NCBI GenBank assembly: GCA_039096225.1
Contig: JBBPEB010000013.1
Span: forward strand, 868,001-932,000
Direction: 5' to 3'
DNA: 64,000 nt
From: Blastocystis sp. Blastoise
Taxonomy: Eukaryota > Protista > Bigyra: Opalinata
Position numbers and translations under genes: made by a program. Positions 1 to 9,656 of the stretch are shown piece after piece (positions within the stretch are counted from its first letter, which is position 1; each line of letters starts with the position of its first letter). The notes under the pieces are model-generated. The model searched no databases, was not told the DNA's origin, and was given only the letters and a program-made list of their open reading frames with translations.

Positions 1-759
1 CGTAAAATCAAAATTAGTCCAATGAAATCGTTATGTGAATTGATTTTATTTATTATACGTAATGTTTCTTCATTAAATAAAGAAGGTATTTTAAATAAAT
101 GGTGTGAATTTTATGTGATTATCAATTCAATGTATGAAAAATATCTGGATAATAAGAAACGTACTTTAATTCAAGATCTTATTAAAGATGGTATTACGAC
201 TCCATATTTACATGAATATCACGATAAATTAGAAAATTATAATCCATTACGATTAATATTAGATTTTTACTCCTATCTTCCTCCTGCTCGTGCTGATTAT
301 GCTCAATTATTCATTCTATCACCAGAAGATACTATTGATCCAACTATTCATAAGAATTATATTGTTTATGATAAAGAGAAACACACTGGTTCTATTCTAT
401 TAAATGATTATAAAACTGCTGGTAAATACTCTACAATTCAATTAGATGCACCAAAAGAATTGATTGAAGATCTAGAATTACTCTTAAAAAGAAATCCAAA
501 TCGTAAATTTATATTTGAATCTTCTGTAAGAACTGGATTTACTACTAAAGCATTTGATTGGTTTGTGAATAAGCATTTAAAACAAATCCATCCAAAATTA
601 ACCATTAATGCATTAAGAAAATTATATGCTACAACTACAACCAATACATTCCAAGATATAGAAAATTCTGCTTCTGCTTTATGTCATAATGATTATACAC
701 ATATTAATTCTTATGTATCTTTAGAAAATAATAATTTATTTAAAAAATTAATTGAATAA
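1..759 (+). CDS. Tyrosine recombinase 1, PLV/virophage type (5' truncated by window edge)
   Basis: Motifs LPPARADY (R), DYKTAGKY (K), NALRKLYAT (R), LCHNDYTHINSY (H...Y); full-length version in copy B. Confidence 0.85.
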   Translation, partial: RKIKISPMKSLCELILFIIRNVSSLNKEGILNKWCEFYVIINSMYEKYLDNKKRTLIQDLIKDGITTPYLHEYHDKLENYNPLRLILDFYSYLPPARADYAQLFILSPEDTIDPTIHKNYIVYDKEKHTGSILLNDYKTAGKYSTIQLDAPKELIEDLELLLKRNPNRKFIFESSVRTGFTTKAFDWFVNKHLKQIHPKLTINALRKLYATTTTNTFQDIENSASALCHNDYTHINSYVSLENNNLFKKLIE

Positions 760-832
760 TTTTATGTTTTCATGTTTGTTTTGCTTTAATTTTGAATATA
801 ACTAAACAACTAGTAATAAAAGGATATAAAAA

Positions 833-1207
833 TTAATTAAAAGGTAAGAAAGATAGATTATTATTATTATTTTGATATTGATTTTGTTGTTGATTACTTT
901 TCATAGTTGGCATAAACATATTATTGGGTTGAATAAGATTCTTATCATCTTGATATTGATTCTCATTCTTCATATATTGTTTATCCAATAGCATTTCAAG
1001 ACGTTGATGAATCACAGGATCATCTATATAAAGTAGCATATTTCTACAATAACTCAATTGCAAATCACTAAGATTTTTGTTGTTATTGTTATTTAAAAAT
1101 TGTTCTAATAGATTTGCTATTTCATTCTTTTTGGACTTAATTCCTTCTTCTTTTAGATTCTTCATCACACGACAAAAATAAGAATAACTAAGATATTTCT
1201 TGTTCAT
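833..1207 (-). CDS. Hypothetical viral protein, 124 aa
   Basis: ORF conserved in copy B with many synonymous changes; HSE array upstream. Confidence 0.75.
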   Translation of the reverse strand: MNKKYLSYSYFCRVMKNLKEEGIKSKKNEIANLLEQFLNNNNNKNLSDLQLSYCRNMLLYIDDPVIHQRLEMLLDKQYMKNENQYQDDKNLIQPNNMFMPTMKSNQQQNQYQNNNNNLSFLPFN

Positions 1208-1302
1208 TATTTAAATTAACCAATGATTAAACAAAACAAATTAATTATATAAAACACTAATATAATAAATTAAAGATTCTACAAATAGAGCCAGTTCAAA
1301 AT

Positions 1303-1325
1303 GAATGTTCTAGAATGTTCTAGAA
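1303..1325. promoter_or_regulatory. Heat shock element-like array (5 nGAAn units)
   Basis: GAA tg TTC ta GAA tg TTC ta GAA, ~100 bp upstream of the 124-aa gene. Confidence 0.7.
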
Positions 1326-1465
1326 CGTTTCTTGGACATATAAAAGTAAAGTAAAATATATATAATAATAAGAACAATTTCAATAACTGACAATATTTCA
1401 TTTACATTCTCTAAAGTTTCTGCACTACGATCTAAGTAGTAATTGCCAAATCGTTTCTTTGTCAT
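1310..1465 (-). CDS. Small single-pass membrane protein, 51 aa (MTKKRFGNYY...)
   Basis: ATG at 1465; hydrophobic stretch IVLIIIYILLYFY followed by basic tail; protein identical in copy B despite nucleotide changes. Confidence 0.6.
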   Translation of the reverse strand: MTKKRFGNYYLDRSAETLENVNEILSVIEIVLIIIYILLYFYMSKKRSRTF

Positions 1466-1529
1466 TATAGTATTAAATAATAAACAAAACAAATTAATTA
1501 TATAAAATATTAATATAATAAATTAAAGA

Positions 1530-1547
1530 TTCTAGAATATTCTAGAA
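1530..1547. promoter_or_regulatory. Heat shock element-like array (4 units)
   Basis: TTC ta GAA ta TTC ta GAA upstream of the 51-aa gene. Confidence 0.6.
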
Positions 1548-1551
1548 TGTT

Positions 1552-2139
1552 TTAACAAGGCATAAGATTTCCATTAGAAAGTAAATAAAGTAAAGAATAA
1601 TAAAAGCAACCATTTGCATTACTTGTAGTTTTTTGGTGTTGAATAGGATTATATTGAATATTATGATTTTGAATAAATGATTTTGAAAAAGTAGGTTCAT
1701 TTCCTAATGATGAATAGTGTTCTATGTTTTTATTACCATTATAAATAACAGCTTCAAAATGACCATTATAAGGATCACTAGGACTTTCATGAAAGATCAT
1801 ATTAAATTTAGTTTGATCTTGATCTATATTTTGTTCAAAATCATCATAACTATTATAATAATTATAAGATTGAGAATTCGTTTTATTTAATTGTTTCATA
1901 ACATTTTCAGCACGATCACAAGCAACAGAAGAGGTAGGTTTATTTAAATAAGCATAATTATATAATTGAGATATTAAAGAATTGGGTATATTACAATATT
2001 GAGATAGAGTTTGTTTGAAATTATCAGGGGATCTAGGAGTAACATGACGAGTTTTATCAGATATAATAGGATTATCGCAATTCATTGAATTTTGAATTAA
2101 TTTCTCATCTTTACTCTTTACCAGATCCCCTCCCCTGAG
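1552..2139 (-). CDS. Adenain/Ulp1-like (clan CE) cysteine maturation protease, probably expressed as a -1 frameshift extension of the upstream ORF
   Basis: NGHFEAV (His), HYSSLG, IQHQ (oxyanion Gln), NGCFYYSLLYL (Cys) in the order typical of polinton/virophage proteases. Confidence 0.75.
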   Translation of the reverse strand, partial: LRGGDLVKSKDEKLIQNSMNCDNPIISDKTRHVTPRSPDNFKQTLSQYCNIPNSLISQLYNYAYLNKPTSSVACDRAENVMKQLNKTNSQSYNYYNSYDDFEQNIDQDQTKFNMIFHESPSDPYNGHFEAVIYNGNKNIEHYSSLGNEPTFSKSFIQNHNIQYNPIQHQKTTSNANGCFYYSLLYLLSNGNLMPC

Positions 2140-2145
2140 TTTTTT
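2026..2145 (-). other. Predicted -1 programmed ribosomal frameshift signal
   Basis: In-phase A AAA AAC at 2145-2139, 7-nt spacer, then AGGGGATCT (2131-2123) complementary to AGATCCCCT (2034-2026); conserved in copy B. Confidence 0.7.
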
Positions 2146-3746
2146 GATAACATATATTTCTTTTTTTTCCAAAACAATTCGTCACCTGTATTTAATGTTT
2201 CATTATTATCTATTTTCTGTTTTATAATTTGTAATTGTTTTAAATCAGCCTCTTGTATTTTACGTTTTTTTCGTGCCACTCCTGCAGGTATTATAAAATC
2301 TGTATAAAATGATACTAATGGATTCAAATCACCACCTCTTTTCTTTTTAGCTTCTTTTCCTCTTCTCATTCGTTCTAAGAATTCTGCTTTACTTAATTTA
2401 ACTCGACCACCATAACCTCTACGTTTAGCTCTTCTTGCAGCTATTCGTTTATCCCTTTCATCTTCTTTCCATTTTCTATCGACTTTCTCTTTATCATTTT
2501 GAGGGAAACCATAAATCTTATAAGGATAACTTTGTTCATCACGAGACATTGGTTTATAAGGTTGAGGAGGTTGAGATTGAGGATGTCTAGCAACTTGTTG
2601 TTGTGGAGGTGGTGGAGGTTGAACAACGGGTTGTGGATGTAGTCTATCATCTTCATCAAGAGCATCTTGCATTTCATCAGCTACATCATAATATCCTTCA
2701 AACATTTTATTTATTGTATTTCCTGAACCTATTTGTTTTTTCATTTCATTTAATGCTTGTTGACGTTTTAATTTTTCCATTTCAAATTCCATATCATTTA
2801 ATTCACTTGATTGTTGTGCCAAATGTGTATCATAATAAGCTTTTCTACCTTTAGCAAAAGAATCCATACCTTTATCAACTACACCTAATAGAGCTGGTGC
2901 ATAATCCATCAATCCGCTCCAGAATCCACCACCTCTTTTTACTCTTAATATACCATCACCACTTTGAGCTGAATCTAAATCTATATATTTTGGTATAATT
3001 GAAGGTCTTAACATTCTTCTTAATTTTGGATTATTAATTATTTTCTTATTTTTAATTGCATTCATAATTGCTGAAGCAACTGATATAGGAATCTTTCCAC
3101 CACGTTTAATTTTATGTTCATAGAATCTTTTGAATTCATCATCAAGATCATGATGACCGTCACCAACATATTGAGCTAAAATAGCTAATGCATCACGAGC
3201 TTTTCTATTAGCTTTTTTATCTACAATAGCATCTCTTATATCTAATACATTTCGTTGATACATATCTTTTACTTTATTTTTAATTGCATCACCAATACCA
3301 GAACCTTGATTATTCTCTAATTTATTGATTTCTGATTTATTTGGAATAATACCTCTACCAGATTTACGTCTTGGTTTACATGGATTTAATACCTTATATT
3401 GACGATCTTCACCATCTATTTTATCTTCTTCTGGACCAGCTGCTTTCATTACACCTTTACCTGCTGCTCTAGCACGAATTAAAGCACCATTTCCTTGTGG
3501 AACAGCATCTTTACCAAATGTTTTAGAACGATCTACATAATCATCTTCTTTACCATCATGTATTTCTTTACTTTCTAAAGTAGACACAGGCATAGATGAA
3601 TTTGGACCTATTTCATGAAATATTGGATTATATTGATCCATTTTATGTAATGGTTGTGTATTATATCGCCTATATTCTTTTCCAGTTGAAATTAAATTCA
3701 TACCAAAAGTACCAGGACTTGGCATTCCTAATATACAACTTTGCAT
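2118..3746 (-). CDS. Basic, Gly-motif-rich putative virion core precursor protein, 542 aa
   Basis: K/R-rich, with repeated xRGG/GxG motifs (IKRGGK, VKRGGG, GYGGR, KKRGGD) resembling adenain cleavage sites; adjacent to the protease. Confidence 0.6.
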   Translation of the reverse strand: MQSCILGMPSPGTFGMNLISTGKEYRRYNTQPLHKMDQYNPIFHEIGPNSSMPVSTLESKEIHDGKEDDYVDRSKTFGKDAVPQGNGALIRARAAGKGVMKAAGPEEDKIDGEDRQYKVLNPCKPRRKSGRGIIPNKSEINKLENNQGSGIGDAIKNKVKDMYQRNVLDIRDAIVDKKANRKARDALAILAQYVGDGHHDLDDEFKRFYEHKIKRGGKIPISVASAIMNAIKNKKIINNPKLRRMLRPSIIPKYIDLDSAQSGDGILRVKRGGGFWSGLMDYAPALLGVVDKGMDSFAKGRKAYYDTHLAQQSSELNDMEFEMEKLKRQQALNEMKKQIGSGNTINKMFEGYYDVADEMQDALDEDDRLHPQPVVQPPPPPQQQVARHPQSQPPQPYKPMSRDEQSYPYKIYGFPQNDKEKVDRKWKEDERDKRIAARRAKRRGYGGRVKLSKAEFLERMRRGKEAKKKRGGDLNPLVSFYTDFIIPAGVARKKRKIQEADLKQLQIIKQKIDNNETLNTGDELFWKKKKYMLSKNSGEGIW

Positions 3747-3821
3747 TTTTTTATTTCAATTATAAAATTATTTATAAACAAAACAAATATATTAATAAAA
3801 AATAAATTTAACATTAAAAAT

Positions 3822-4415
3822 TTATAAATTAGTTAAATCAATAATAGTATCATTACTATTAGTATTCTTCGTAGATTTATCGATGACTTTAATAGAACGA
3901 GCATATAAACCAATATAATACTTGTTATTATAACGATGAATACCATGTATTGTAAATAATACTTTACATAACGTATTTGGTGGAATATACTTTTCACGTA
4001 TTTCTTCGTAAGTTAACTTAGGATCTTTACCGATATTAATCTTCTTATCTCTTTTATCAGTAATATCAATAGTAACATTCTTCGATGCATTAATAGGTAC
4101 TTTAATTGTAATCTTATATTTACCATTATCCATACGTACAAAATTAACAATATCACCATCAGGACATAATTCACATAATTTACGATAAAGTTCTTTATAA
4201 GCAGTTAAGAATACTTGATTATCATCTTCAATTGTTAATAAAGTCCATTTATCACGTGTAACAATATAACCAAATAAACATGGTGTAGCATCAGTAGAAA
4301 TACATACACGATGATTATTATTTAAAAGAACAGCATTTTCTTTGGTGTCATCCCATTGTAAATTAAAGTTAGAAGTATCAAGAATAGTAGGTTTTTTAAA
4401 TTCAGTTGTAGACAT
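3822..4415 (-). CDS. Putative ssDNA-binding (OB-fold-like) protein, 197 aa
   Basis: C-terminal beta pattern VLFTIHGIHRYNNKYYIGLYARSIKV resembles viral T7 gp2.5-like SSBs; function is inference, ORF conserved in copy B. Confidence 0.45.
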   Translation of the reverse strand: MSTTEFKKPTILDTSNFNLQWDDTKENAVLLNNNHRVCISTDATPCLFGYIVTRDKWTLLTIEDDNQVFLTAYKELYRKLCELCPDGDIVNFVRMDNGKYKITIKVPINASKNVTIDITDKRDKKINIGKDPKLTYEEIREKYIPPNTLCKVLFTIHGIHRYNNKYYIGLYARSIKVIDKSTKNTNSNDTIIDLTNL

Positions 4416-4492
4416 TTTTAGTTAAGTATTTAGTAAAAATATAAGTATTTTAATACTAATATTTTACGATATTCTTTTCAAATGAATCAATT

Positions 4493-4540
4493 TTCGAGAA
4501 GGTTCTAGAAGGTTCTAGAAGGTTCGAGAAGGTTCTAGAA
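4493..4540. promoter_or_regulatory. Heat shock element-like array (10 perfect units)
   Basis: TTC ga GAA gg TTC ta GAA gg TTC ta GAA gg TTC ga GAA gg TTC ta GAA, 78 bp upstream of the 197-aa gene. Confidence 0.8.
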
Positions 4541-4733
4541 AAAAAGAACACTTGAATAATCTAATGGAAACATTTTAACGGAATCGAACCATGATACTGT
4601 GGTTACATATTTCTTTAATAGATCCATTAGACCATTCAAGAATTCTATTTGAAACTATTCTATTCTCAATTTAAACTTTGTGTAATTAATTTAAAAAATA
4701 AACAAAACAAAATAATTAATTAAATAAAAATAA

Positions 4734-5261
4734 TTAATGATCAAATATTTCAGACATAGAAGGAATAGAATATTCGGATAATAATGAAACAATTTCTTTA
4801 GAATCATCATGAATCTGTTTCAAATCTTGTTTCTGACTTTCAATCTTTGTTTTTAAATGATCAACAGTACAATAAATACCATTTAATATATTATCAGCTG
4901 TTTCAATAGTTTGAAATAAAGATTCGAATTGACTGGATATATTTGTTAACTCCTCATTTGTAAATAATAATGCTTGCTTATCAGGATTTGTATTTACTTG
5001 ATCTTGAAATTGTATTGGTTGATTGTTAACGGAATGATATCTATCTGGATTTTTAGATACGTAAACATCATTGATTGGATGAATTTCTTGAGGTGGATCT
5101 TCAAACATGATTTCGTCACGCGAATTAAAACAGAAATCATTATCATTGGGTAAAGCCATAGGATTTGCAGAAACACTATTTTCAAATGGATTCAACAAGG
5201 GGGATATCATGGCTTGACCGAAAGGGGATAAACTGGCGGAAAGATTATCAGGAATTTCCAT
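4734..5261 (-). CDS. Hypothetical viral protein, 175 aa (acidic N-terminus, coiled-coil C-terminus)
   Basis: ORF conserved in copy B. Confidence 0.7.
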   Translation of the reverse strand: MEIPDNLSASLSPFGQAMISPLLNPFENSVSANPMALPNDNDFCFNSRDEIMFEDPPQEIHPINDVYVSKNPDRYHSVNNQPIQFQDQVNTNPDKQALLFTNEELTNISSQFESLFQTIETADNILNGIYCTVDHLKTKIESQKQDLKQIHDDSKEIVSLLSEYSIPSMSEIFDH

Positions 5262-5377
5262 GATTATTTAAACCTTCAAAAGTATTTTTATACAATATAT
5301 TAAATATACTATTTTTAGTGTACAGTTCTTCATTTCAGTTGCTAACAAAAGCCTATTGCTTCCAGCTGGAAAATAAG

Positions 5378-5548
5378 CCAATAAAATAGCTTATTTCGTA
5401 TGACAAGTCGTCGTCATCGTCTAATTGTGTTTTACTAATTTTTTTATCCAATCAGATTACAGATGCCGACTATACTCGTCATCGAAACACAAATAAAAAA
5501 TGCTAAGTCGACAAAATTAGCCAATCAAATGAACCTTCTAGAACATTC
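5378..5548. promoter_or_regulatory. Divergent promoter with three CCAAT boxes and a 4-unit HSE
   Basis: CCAAT at 5378, 5448 and 5521; GAA cc TTC ta GAA ca TTC at 5531-5548; all retained in copy B. Confidence 0.55.
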
Positions 5549-5659
5549 CATAGAGATTCTACACTGTCTCCTAGAATATTTAATATTCCATTTAAATGTA
5601 TTATTTATTTCATTTTGATAAATACAAATTTTCTCTCTGTAACGATATTCGCGATTATA

Positions 5660-6283
5660 ATGCAATTTAATCTTTCTGCTGATTCCCGTAAATGTCTTCA
5701 AACTGTTCGTATGGAACTTCTAAAGAATTCTAAGAAGGCTGTTGAAGTTCATAAGAATGTTCTTCGTGATATTGATTTACATCAGTCTCAATTGAATAGA
5801 GAAAAGAATCTATTGGGTATTGCAAAATCTAAAGAACGTCTTGCTTCTTTCGAAGTCGAAAACTATAGATCAGCTTTAAAACGTATAAACGCGGTTATTA
5901 AAGGTCTTGAAGATTATGAAGAATTCGCTGCTGATATTTATACTCAACAACTTAATGAAGAACAAGATATTCAAGATATTATCAATACTGAAGATCTTTT
6001 AGAAAGTGATAGAACTACTATTTTATGTTCTGAAGATTCTAAAGAACATTCGAATTCTCAAGATGATGATTTTGATATTATGAAATTCCATATGGAAGAT
6101 GGATTCCTCTATGATGAAAAAGGTAAAGTTTATTCTTATGAAGTTGTTCATGCTAAGAGTATTAACAAGATTAAAAGAGATCCTTCAAAACAAATGTATT
6201 TCTGGGATGGTATTTTATATGATAAGAATGGATGGCCTCATTCATGTACATATATTAATAGTCAAGAACCAATTGAAATTTAA
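5660..6283 (+). CDS. Hypothetical viral protein, 207 aa from ATG 5660
   Basis: Coiled-coil N-terminus and duplicated C-terminal motif DGFLYDEKG / DGILYDKNG; conserved in copy B. Confidence 0.7.
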   Translation: MQFNLSADSRKCLQTVRMELLKNSKKAVEVHKNVLRDIDLHQSQLNREKNLLGIAKSKERLASFEVENYRSALKRINAVIKGLEDYEEFAADIYTQQLNEEQDIQDIINTEDLLESDRTTILCSEDSKEHSNSQDDDFDIMKFHMEDGFLYDEKGKVYSYEVVHAKSINKIKRDPSKQMYFWDGILYDKNGWPHSCTYINSQEPIEI

Positions 6284-6393
6284 TTATTTTTCTTGTTTAT
6301 TTTTCTATTTTTACTTATAAACTTGTAAAAAATCATTGAAAATTGTTTTGTTTATTGTATATACATTTAAAACACTAAAGTATAAAAAGGATG

Positions 6394-6523
6394 TTCTAGA
6401 AGGTTCTAGAAGGTTCTAGAATGTTCTCGAAGGTTCTAGAACATTTAAAAATATAAAGTAATATTTACTATTATAGAATGTTCTAGAAGGTTCTAGAAGG
6501 TTCTTGAATGTTCTAGAAGCTTC
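6394..6523. promoter_or_regulatory. Two heat shock element-like arrays (10 units each: 6394-6441, 6476-6523)
   Basis: Perfect alternating TTC/GAA triplets with variable 2-nt spacers directly upstream of the primase-helicase ATG at 6610. Confidence 0.8.
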
Positions 6524-6609
6524 CAAAACTGACTTCTAGAATCTTTAATATATTATTTGTTTTAAATGTTGTATTATAATTATTTTCATTATTTATAAGT
6601 CAAATAATC

Positions 6610-9600
6610 ATGGAAAATTCACAAATTCATTTTGTTTATACTTTTGGTTCCTTTAATCATGATAATTCAAAAGATAATCATAGTGAAATTATTATACCAA
6701 ATCCATTACCATTTTATAAAAGTCTATTTACTAATTATCAAAATCCAAAAGAATTATTACATTATATTGATTGTACTCCTTGTAATACATCAACTAATTA
6801 TAGAAGATTATGGTTTGATTTAGATTATCACCAAATATCTGATGATTTTTCTTTTCTAACAGATTCTTTTATTCATGAATTTATTGAAGAAATATGTAAT
6901 CATTGTATTCATTATTATAATCAAGAATTTATTTCGCTTGTGTATACAAAGAAAGAAGTGAATAAGAAGACAGTTCATAATGAAATACATTATTCATGGG
7001 GAATTCATATATATACGAATTGGTTTGTAAATGGTGATTATTTATTTTTCTTATATAATAGTATGATTCTGAATACCAAATTGGTTGATTTATGTAAAAC
7101 ATATAATTTAGATATAAAAGAATTCATTGATTATAATGTTATTGGTAAACCCAGAAAGAATAATGGTTGTATGTTTCTTGGTTGTAGTAAAGATAATTCT
7201 CCATCTACTTATAAATTATATGAAGAATATACCAATAAAACATGGAAGAAAATAGATGATGAAATCGATGAACATTATTATTTCAAAACATTATTGAATT
7301 ATAAGAATGAAGATGATCTTATAAGTGATATTATTAATCCTATTATCTTTTCTAAATTAAAACAATATTCACGTTATAAACGTTATTATGCAAGATTAAA
7401 TAATTGTTCACGTACTATATTATGTTCTATACAAGATATTAAAGATATTCCTATGTTGATTTCTACAGATACTATATTGGATACTACAGCATCTAAAGAA
7501 GCTTTATTGGAACGATATTTATTATTGATTGGTTCTATTGAAGATATGAATTATTTTGAATCTCATAATACTTGGTATAAATTATGTTGTGCAGCAAAAC
7601 AGATTTGTAATACAACAAGAGGATTAGAATTATTTAAAAATTATTCATTACGTTATGGTCATGATCGAAGTGATGATGTAATTGAATCTACATGGAATCA
7701 TATACAAGTTGATCCTACTCATTTATCGAATAATTATATTTTGAAGATATTAATGGAGAATAAATTATTTAATAAAGATGATGATAATGATTTCATATTT
7801 ATGTCTATTTTAGAATGTATTCAATCCTTTAATCTTGTAGATTCACAAACATTAGTTATGTTATTTCAATTATTAGAATTTAATGAAATTGTTTCTATTA
7901 TATTAGATAAAGATAATTTTATCTTATATACATTTGATGAATATAATATCTTAAGACGTTGTAAGAATAATTATGATATTAATTTCTTTGAAACCAAAAT
8001 AACTACATTTATGAAATCGATTGTAGAGAAATTCAAATTATCAAGATTATATTCCAAAGAGAATGAACAACATCAAAAAATAGTTGATAAAATAATGTCT
8101 GCTTCTGTTACTAATGAATATCATTATAAAGAATGGTTGAATCGTTATTTGAAGACTTATGGTAAATCTTATAAAGAATATTTAGATACGTATATGGTTC
8201 ATAAAGAACGTGTTATCTATACACAACTTGGTTATTTATATCCAAAAGAATCTACAGAAGAAGATCCTAGACAATATTATATCCAACCATATCATAAAGA
8301 AGATATGGTGTTTGAAGATTTATTAATTGATACTGAATTTAATGTAAGTTGGAATATTAATAATGAACAGAAAGATATTATCCAATTATTTGAACAACAT
8401 ATTGCAAGATATTGTGAATTCGATAAGAAATATGAAAGTATTATGTTACGTATCTTAACCACTGCTTTCTATGTCAATACTCAGAAAACTGTTTCTTATA
8501 TATTATATGGTAGTACAGGTAGTAATGGTAAAACAATAACAACTGATTTAATTTCTCGTATTGTAGGTAGTAATCAATGTATTATAGTAAATCCAGATAA
8601 TTTAGAAGAAACATCTATAGCTCCTAAGATTGTAGATATGTCTAATAAAACAATGTATTATATGAATGAATTAATAGAAGAAGATGTTACTGGTAGAAAG
8701 AAAACATTTAATCCATTCTCTTCTAAAGTCTTTAAAGAAATAGCAGAAAAGAAAGAAGGTGCTAGTGCTCGTAAATTATTCAGTAATATATTTACAAAAG
8801 TTCATTTCACGGGTACTTTATTTATGACAAGTAATATCCAACCTACTGCTGTGAATGCTGGTCCTATTGAAAGAAGAGTCTGTTTCTTACCATCATGTTG
8901 TCGTTATTTCCCTCCTGGTAATGCTAATTTATATGAAGATTATGTAGATCATAATTTACCTAAACGTAAACAGACAGTAGAAAAGAGATTGAAACCAAAT
9001 CATTATGAAATGGATTATACTCTATCTGATAAATTCTATCAGAATCGTTCAATTATCTTTAGTTATCTAGTAAGTAATTATTTCTATTCTAGTATGCAAT
9101 TAGATATGCATGAATTAGATAATGAATATCATATAAGTGAATGTAAGAAACGATTCTTTGATCGTAGTACAGAAGGATATGATTTGAAATCTTTTGTTGA
9201 TAACCATATTACTATAGATCCTTATTATTTGAATGTAGTTACTATTGAAGATATTTTTAATAGTTATAAGAAAGTGAATAATAATAATCAATTTACGATT
9301 AAGAAAGATTTAGATAAATTTACAAATGCTTTATTTGGTTGTTTAAGTAGTAAAGATACATTTAATTCTATAGATATTGTGAATATTCATAGAAAACATA
9401 CTTCAAATTTTTATAAGGGAGGGAATGCTATTGGTATTTGTGGTTTAATGATTGATAATACTTATAATGAATGTGTGGATACAGATTTATTCTGTTTATC
9501 CAATTGTTTATCTAAGAAAGAAGAAATTGTTTATAGTGAAGATCAATATCATAATACGTCATCAACAAAACGAATTTTAATAGATAATACTTTATATGCT

Positions 9601-9612
9601 ATACCAAATTAA
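6610..9612 (+). CDS. AEP primase / PriCT-2 / SF3 (D5-like) helicase fusion, 1000 aa
   Basis: RLWFDLD and GIHIY (AEP motifs); HNTWYKLCCAAK (PriCT-2-like); Walker A GSTGSNGKT, Walker B MYYMNE, motif C LFMTSN, Arg finger IERR. Confidence 0.9.
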   Translation: MENSQIHFVYTFGSFNHDNSKDNHSEIIIPNPLPFYKSLFTNYQNPKELLHYIDCTPCNTSTNYRRLWFDLDYHQISDDFSFLTDSFIHEFIEEICNHCIHYYNQEFISLVYTKKEVNKKTVHNEIHYSWGIHIYTNWFVNGDYLFFLYNSMILNTKLVDLCKTYNLDIKEFIDYNVIGKPRKNNGCMFLGCSKDNSPSTYKLYEEYTNKTWKKIDDEIDEHYYFKTLLNYKNEDDLISDIINPIIFSKLKQYSRYKRYYARLNNCSRTILCSIQDIKDIPMLISTDTILDTTASKEALLERYLLLIGSIEDMNYFESHNTWYKLCCAAKQICNTTRGLELFKNYSLRYGHDRSDDVIESTWNHIQVDPTHLSNNYILKILMENKLFNKDDDNDFIFMSILECIQSFNLVDSQTLVMLFQLLEFNEIVSIILDKDNFILYTFDEYNILRRCKNNYDINFFETKITTFMKSIVEKFKLSRLYSKENEQHQKIVDKIMSASVTNEYHYKEWLNRYLKTYGKSYKEYLDTYMVHKERVIYTQLGYLYPKESTEEDPRQYYIQPYHKEDMVFEDLLIDTEFNVSWNINNEQKDIIQLFEQHIARYCEFDKKYESIMLRILTTAFYVNTQKTVSYILYGSTGSNGKTITTDLISRIVGSNQCIIVNPDNLEETSIAPKIVDMSNKTMYYMNELIEEDVTGRKKTFNPFSSKVFKEIAEKKEGASARKLFSNIFTKVHFTGTLFMTSNIQPTAVNAGPIERRVCFLPSCCRYFPPGNANLYEDYVDHNLPKRKQTVEKRLKPNHYEMDYTLSDKFYQNRSIIFSYLVSNYFYSSMQLDMHELDNEYHISECKKRFFDRSTEGYDLKSFVDNHITIDPYYLNVVTIEDIFNSYKKVNNNNQFTIKKDLDKFTNALFGCLSSKDTFNSIDIVNIHRKHTSNFYKGGNAIGICGLMIDNTYNECVDTDLFCLSNCLSKKEEIVYSEDQYHNTSSTKRILIDNTLYAIPN

Positions 9613-9656
9613 ATATATATTTATTTTTTATTATAAAAAGTTGTTTTGTTTTAAAA

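Noticed and set aside
4493-4540. 10-bp repeats as a CRISPR array or plain minisatellite
   Set aside because: No spacers or cas genes; eukaryotic context; position and conservation pattern fit HSE-like regulatory sites
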